Of a stretch of 64,000 bases of DNA, positions 60,216-64,000 are shown in pieces. The notes beneath the pieces were generated by a model. It did not search any database. It was not told the origin of the DNA and saw nothing but the letters and a program-made list of their open reading frames with translations. The position numbers and the translations under genes are program-made. The stretch comes from Ascidiella aspersa (taxonomy: Eukaryota): the NCBI GenBank assembly GCA_963924565.1, contig OZ004610.1, positions 28,210,001-28,274,000 of the forward strand, read 5' to 3'. How positions within the stretch are numbered: position 1 is the stretch's first letter; each line of letters begins with the position of its first letter.

Positions 60216-61986
60216 CAAGTTGTCTCTCTAGCTTGGCCTTGCTGCATAATGGTATGATCTATATGATATATGTCAACAAAATTACTCGAAACAACTTTTA
60301 TTAGAGATTTCGGATGCTATATGATGTGGCCTTTAACCTAATACACCGGGTATAAGCTTAGGTATAAGAACATTGATTCCCAAATAATAAATTTTTTAAA
60401 TTTTAAACTAAACCATGAAATAAACAAATCTGTAATATTGCCCTTTATAACAACACATTAAATTATAGTCAAGTACAAAGGAACTCATACTACTTTAAGA
60501 TGTTTTTGTTGTGATACAAAGCAGTTTTTTAGCAAAATTATAAGAATGAAAGCAGATACTGGGTCAATAAAAAGAGATTTATATATTTTGTTTAGCTGAA
60601 AATCTTAAAGATCTAATTAGTACAAAATCAGATAACCTCCTATGCGCCATTTTGTGACTTTTATTTTATTTTGTTAGAAGTTACAGCAAAAAAATGGTTA
60701 TTACTCGTTGATATTTTGGTATGACAATATTTAGGTTGGGATGCAAGTTAGAATTTGGTTTGGTCAAGCATTATTATTTTAGTTATTCTTCCATATTTAT
60801 TTACTTCAGTTTGGTATTTTAATTTGGAGAACTCGTTTTGTTACTTTTGACATTATTTATTTTAAAAAAAGTGGTAGGATTCCAGGCATAACATTACTTC
60901 TAAAATTGGGGGAGCTGTAAGTAATAACCCTGAATGCATAATTTCCTTCACACATAAAATATTCTGGCCTGCACACAAGGGATCTCAATTCGCATACATA
61001 GATAACAAACAGCAAAAATTGTTTAACAATAATTTCAAATAGATTTGTTTTTACTTTGATAGGACAATTTATGGTGCTGGTCTAAAATCCTACCACAATG
61101 TTTAATATTTGGGTTTTGTTATATTTATTATTTAATAATATTTCTTGAATCAAACAATGTGCTCTGTGGTGGGATAATTCATGATCAGGCGCCGAACTTT
61201 CAAAAATCCAGGGCATTTTTTTAAATCGGTACAAAATGCTTGTCAGAAATTACCAATAAACGTATTGGTATTTGGGAAATTAAGCGTGTTTTAAAATTGA
61301 AACAATGCGTTGTGTCTCTTGTAATTTTCTTCATAACAAATAGCAAAAGTGCGCTCTAAAGCGATGAAGGGCAACATATAGTGGCGAACAACTCTTTTCA
61401 CAACGACTAAATGATATAAACGCTGATCTCTGTCAGTGAACAATATATAATATGTCCGCGATCAAACTTCGATTGAACAATAAACTTTGCGTGACGTCGG
61501 AAAAATTTGTGTCATTTTACGGGAAATTTGTATGACATAATAGATAATATGAAATTGGAGGAAATGACAAAAAGTTTGTTTTTGAATATCGCGTAACAGA
61601 TATGGGACGAGGTTTAATTGATACTAAGCAGTAATTAATTAGTAAAGCGTATTAATATAGTTTTATACACCAGAAGCCATCGCTAAAGCTAAACGTAATT
61701 TGCAATGTTGTGACTATAAAAAATATGTAAATGGTAAAAGCAATACAGAATGGTAAAGCTTTTAAGTTATACTTGCTGGCAAGGTTGTAAAAATCTAAAA
61801 ATTAGGGCGTCTAAATATGCTCTGCACACCCACGTTCGGCGCCTAATGAGTAAGGTTCCAGACCAGGGCCCAATTTATAATTCTGAATTGCTTTATATTA
61901 AAAGTTACCTTATTTTGGCAAAGATATTTATACTGCTAAATTTATTTAAACAAAAGGTTTTGATGTCATGCCCCCTTTAAAAACCC

Positions 61987-62189
61987 GGCGCTGGTCTAGA
62001 ATCCTACCACAACGAAACACCAATTGGGTTAGGGTGCGGGTTAGCGTTTGGGATAAGGTGGGTCAAGTATTATTATTAAACAAAGAATATAATAATACTT
62101 GACCCACCCACACCCGAACGCTAACCCGCACCCTAACTCAAATTTTGTGCGTTGATTTTAGAACTGTGGTAGGATTCTAGACCAGCGCC
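61987..62189. mobile_element. Palindromic foldback MITE with GG..CC termini (Merlin- or Mutator-like)
   Basis: Perfect 25-bp TIR GGCGCTGGTCTAGAATCCTACCACA plus ~55-bp internal inverted arms; perfect 8-bp TSD AAAAACCC; fragments at ~60871 and ~61072. Confidence 0.85.
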
Positions 62190-63351
62190 AAAAACCCAGT
62201 AGTTTTATAGATTATGGTCGTTTGTCTGTAGGGTTTAATAGCAAACTGACAGAATTTACAATACAGTCTCTATCTTTAATCGAACAGTGTACAACAAAAA
62301 CCTACTTGTTACAAAGTAAAGCATTACAAATAAATTAAATGCAGTTATTTTCACCAACAACGGAATTAACATAAAAATATATTCCTTGAAATAAATGCTT
62401 TTGCAGTTAATTTTGACCTCTCCAGATTTGCGACATAAAACAGATGAGGGAACGAACATTTACAAACTTTATTTTTTAGCCAGGTTAATAAAGCAATGAT
62501 TTAAGTAAATAAAAAGTCCTTAACTTTGTATCTTGTGACATAAATTTTCTGAAAATGCATTAACCTGTTGAAATTATATATCAACAGAATTAAAACGTTT
62601 TCATTATCGTGTAATTTTAGATCAGTCATCCATTAACTTTTATATTTCAGAAACTTTTAATAGCTAGTGCGGTGATGCGTAAAGATGTGCTGTAAGATTT
62701 TATATAACTCATTATAAACACTAAAAAGTGATATAAAAAAGGCTTAGACGAAAGCAGCAGTGTTAGATTTGATTAGGCAAGGCAAAAGCAAGTCCAAAAC
62801 CACAGCGACAGCTCCAAAGGCAGCACAACTTAACAAATAATAACATGTATTTTAAATATGAAGTCTGTGATTTTGGACAAGGAACAATGTTTTAAACCAG
62901 GGAATACAAGATTACCTTTAAGCCCGCATATCCTAGACTTTGACACTTGTTGCAGGTTATATATTACATTTGCTTTTCTAAAAAATTTAACTGTACAGCA
63001 ACGTCGCACTAAATCCTTTTGTACCTCTTCAGACTCAGTCAGTTGTTACAATTTATAGGCATTGTCCTAATTTTATATTGTTTATGTTTTAGACTTGTCT
63101 AAACAGTTTTTAATCGACAAAGCCCAATCTTTCATGTTCAGTATCAAATGCTTTACGGCCAACGCAGGACACAGGTAAGCAATTTTTTTAACAAAATACG
63201 AATTCGGTGCGTAGTTTAATGTTTCGGGTAAATAGCAATTCATGATAATAAAACTGCAAAGTTTGTTCTGTCAATTTCGAACCTCTGTATTTTGCATCTG
63301 AATTGATAACACGAAGAACGTAAAAGAGCACCTTTGTAAATACATTACGTT

Positions 63352-63770
63352 TCAAACACACTTTATAACTCCAAAAGTAATCTTATCGCGATAGGGCTCA
63401 TGTTGTTCCTCGATGCACGAATAGTTGTAATGCGTGTTGGAAGAAGTCCTTTTCTTCACATAAAGCGGAACTGGCTGATTCAAGAGCGGTTTGTTAAAAT
63501 CTTTGAACAAGATGCCTTCTCTGCCGCTCAAATCGAACACGCTTTTTCGGCACTTGATCACGTAAGAGTCTATCATTTCGCCAAAACTCGTTTCAGTAGG
63601 TGTACTCGTTTGAAAAGTGTAATCCGACAATAAACTGCCGTTATACGATGATGGTGAAATTGGAGTAAGCTTAGGAGCCATGCAACCAGAGATAATCTCG
63701 TCTGTAGTCAAGGTAGATATCTCCAAATATGTGCTGTCCAATTCTTCCGTTGTTTTTTCAAATGCAATGT
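63352..63770 (-). CDS. Probable terminal coding exon of an unidentified gene that continues beyond the window
   Basis: Acceptor TTTTAG at 63771, ~139-codon open frame (IAFEKTTEELDSTYLEIS..GVIKCV*), upstream donor CTG|GTAAG at 63995; no recognised domain. Confidence 0.55.
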
Positions 63771-64000
63771 CTAAAACAATATTTCAAAGGTATCAAATAC
63801 AAGGTTCCCCGGTTTAAATTAAAAAAATTACAAATTAATAAAAGTATAAATAAGGTTTGATTTGCTGCTCGAAGCCCCTAACGGCAATTTAACTGTTTGC
63901 GATAGAAACAAATAGCGACTCGTTATTTGGCGTTATTTACGTATATTCGATTTATTTTTGATAAAATATCACATTTCATAAAAATAGAAGCTTACCAGAC

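Overview
AT-rich, intron-containing animal genomic DNA, not prokaryotic. Gene compactness, operon-like spacing, patchy CpG depletion and the MITE spectrum suggest an ascidian/tunicate; this is inference. I assembled the spliced genes by eye from GT-AG sites and phase continuity, and the protein identities come from recalled family sequences, not database searches. + strand: the 3' end of a fibulin-1 gene with two alternative C-terminal modules (single-exon C-type, three-exon D-type), and SMKR1. - strand, five consecutive co-oriented genes: an unidentified terminal exon, intronless ATP5PD, 7-exon ARMC1, intronless ECHS1, and 21-coding-exon TRAPPC9 (~1127 aa), which starts only ~660 bp after the ECHS1 stop (candidate operon). 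TRAPPC9 introns hold a 5'-truncated Penelope-like retroelement with a minimal hammerhead motif, a second degenerate hammerhead, many hAT-type MITEs with 8-bp TSDs, and several tandem arrays built from copies of the gene's own exon-intron junctions. One of these is a 13x22-bp ladder of CAG|GT sites.
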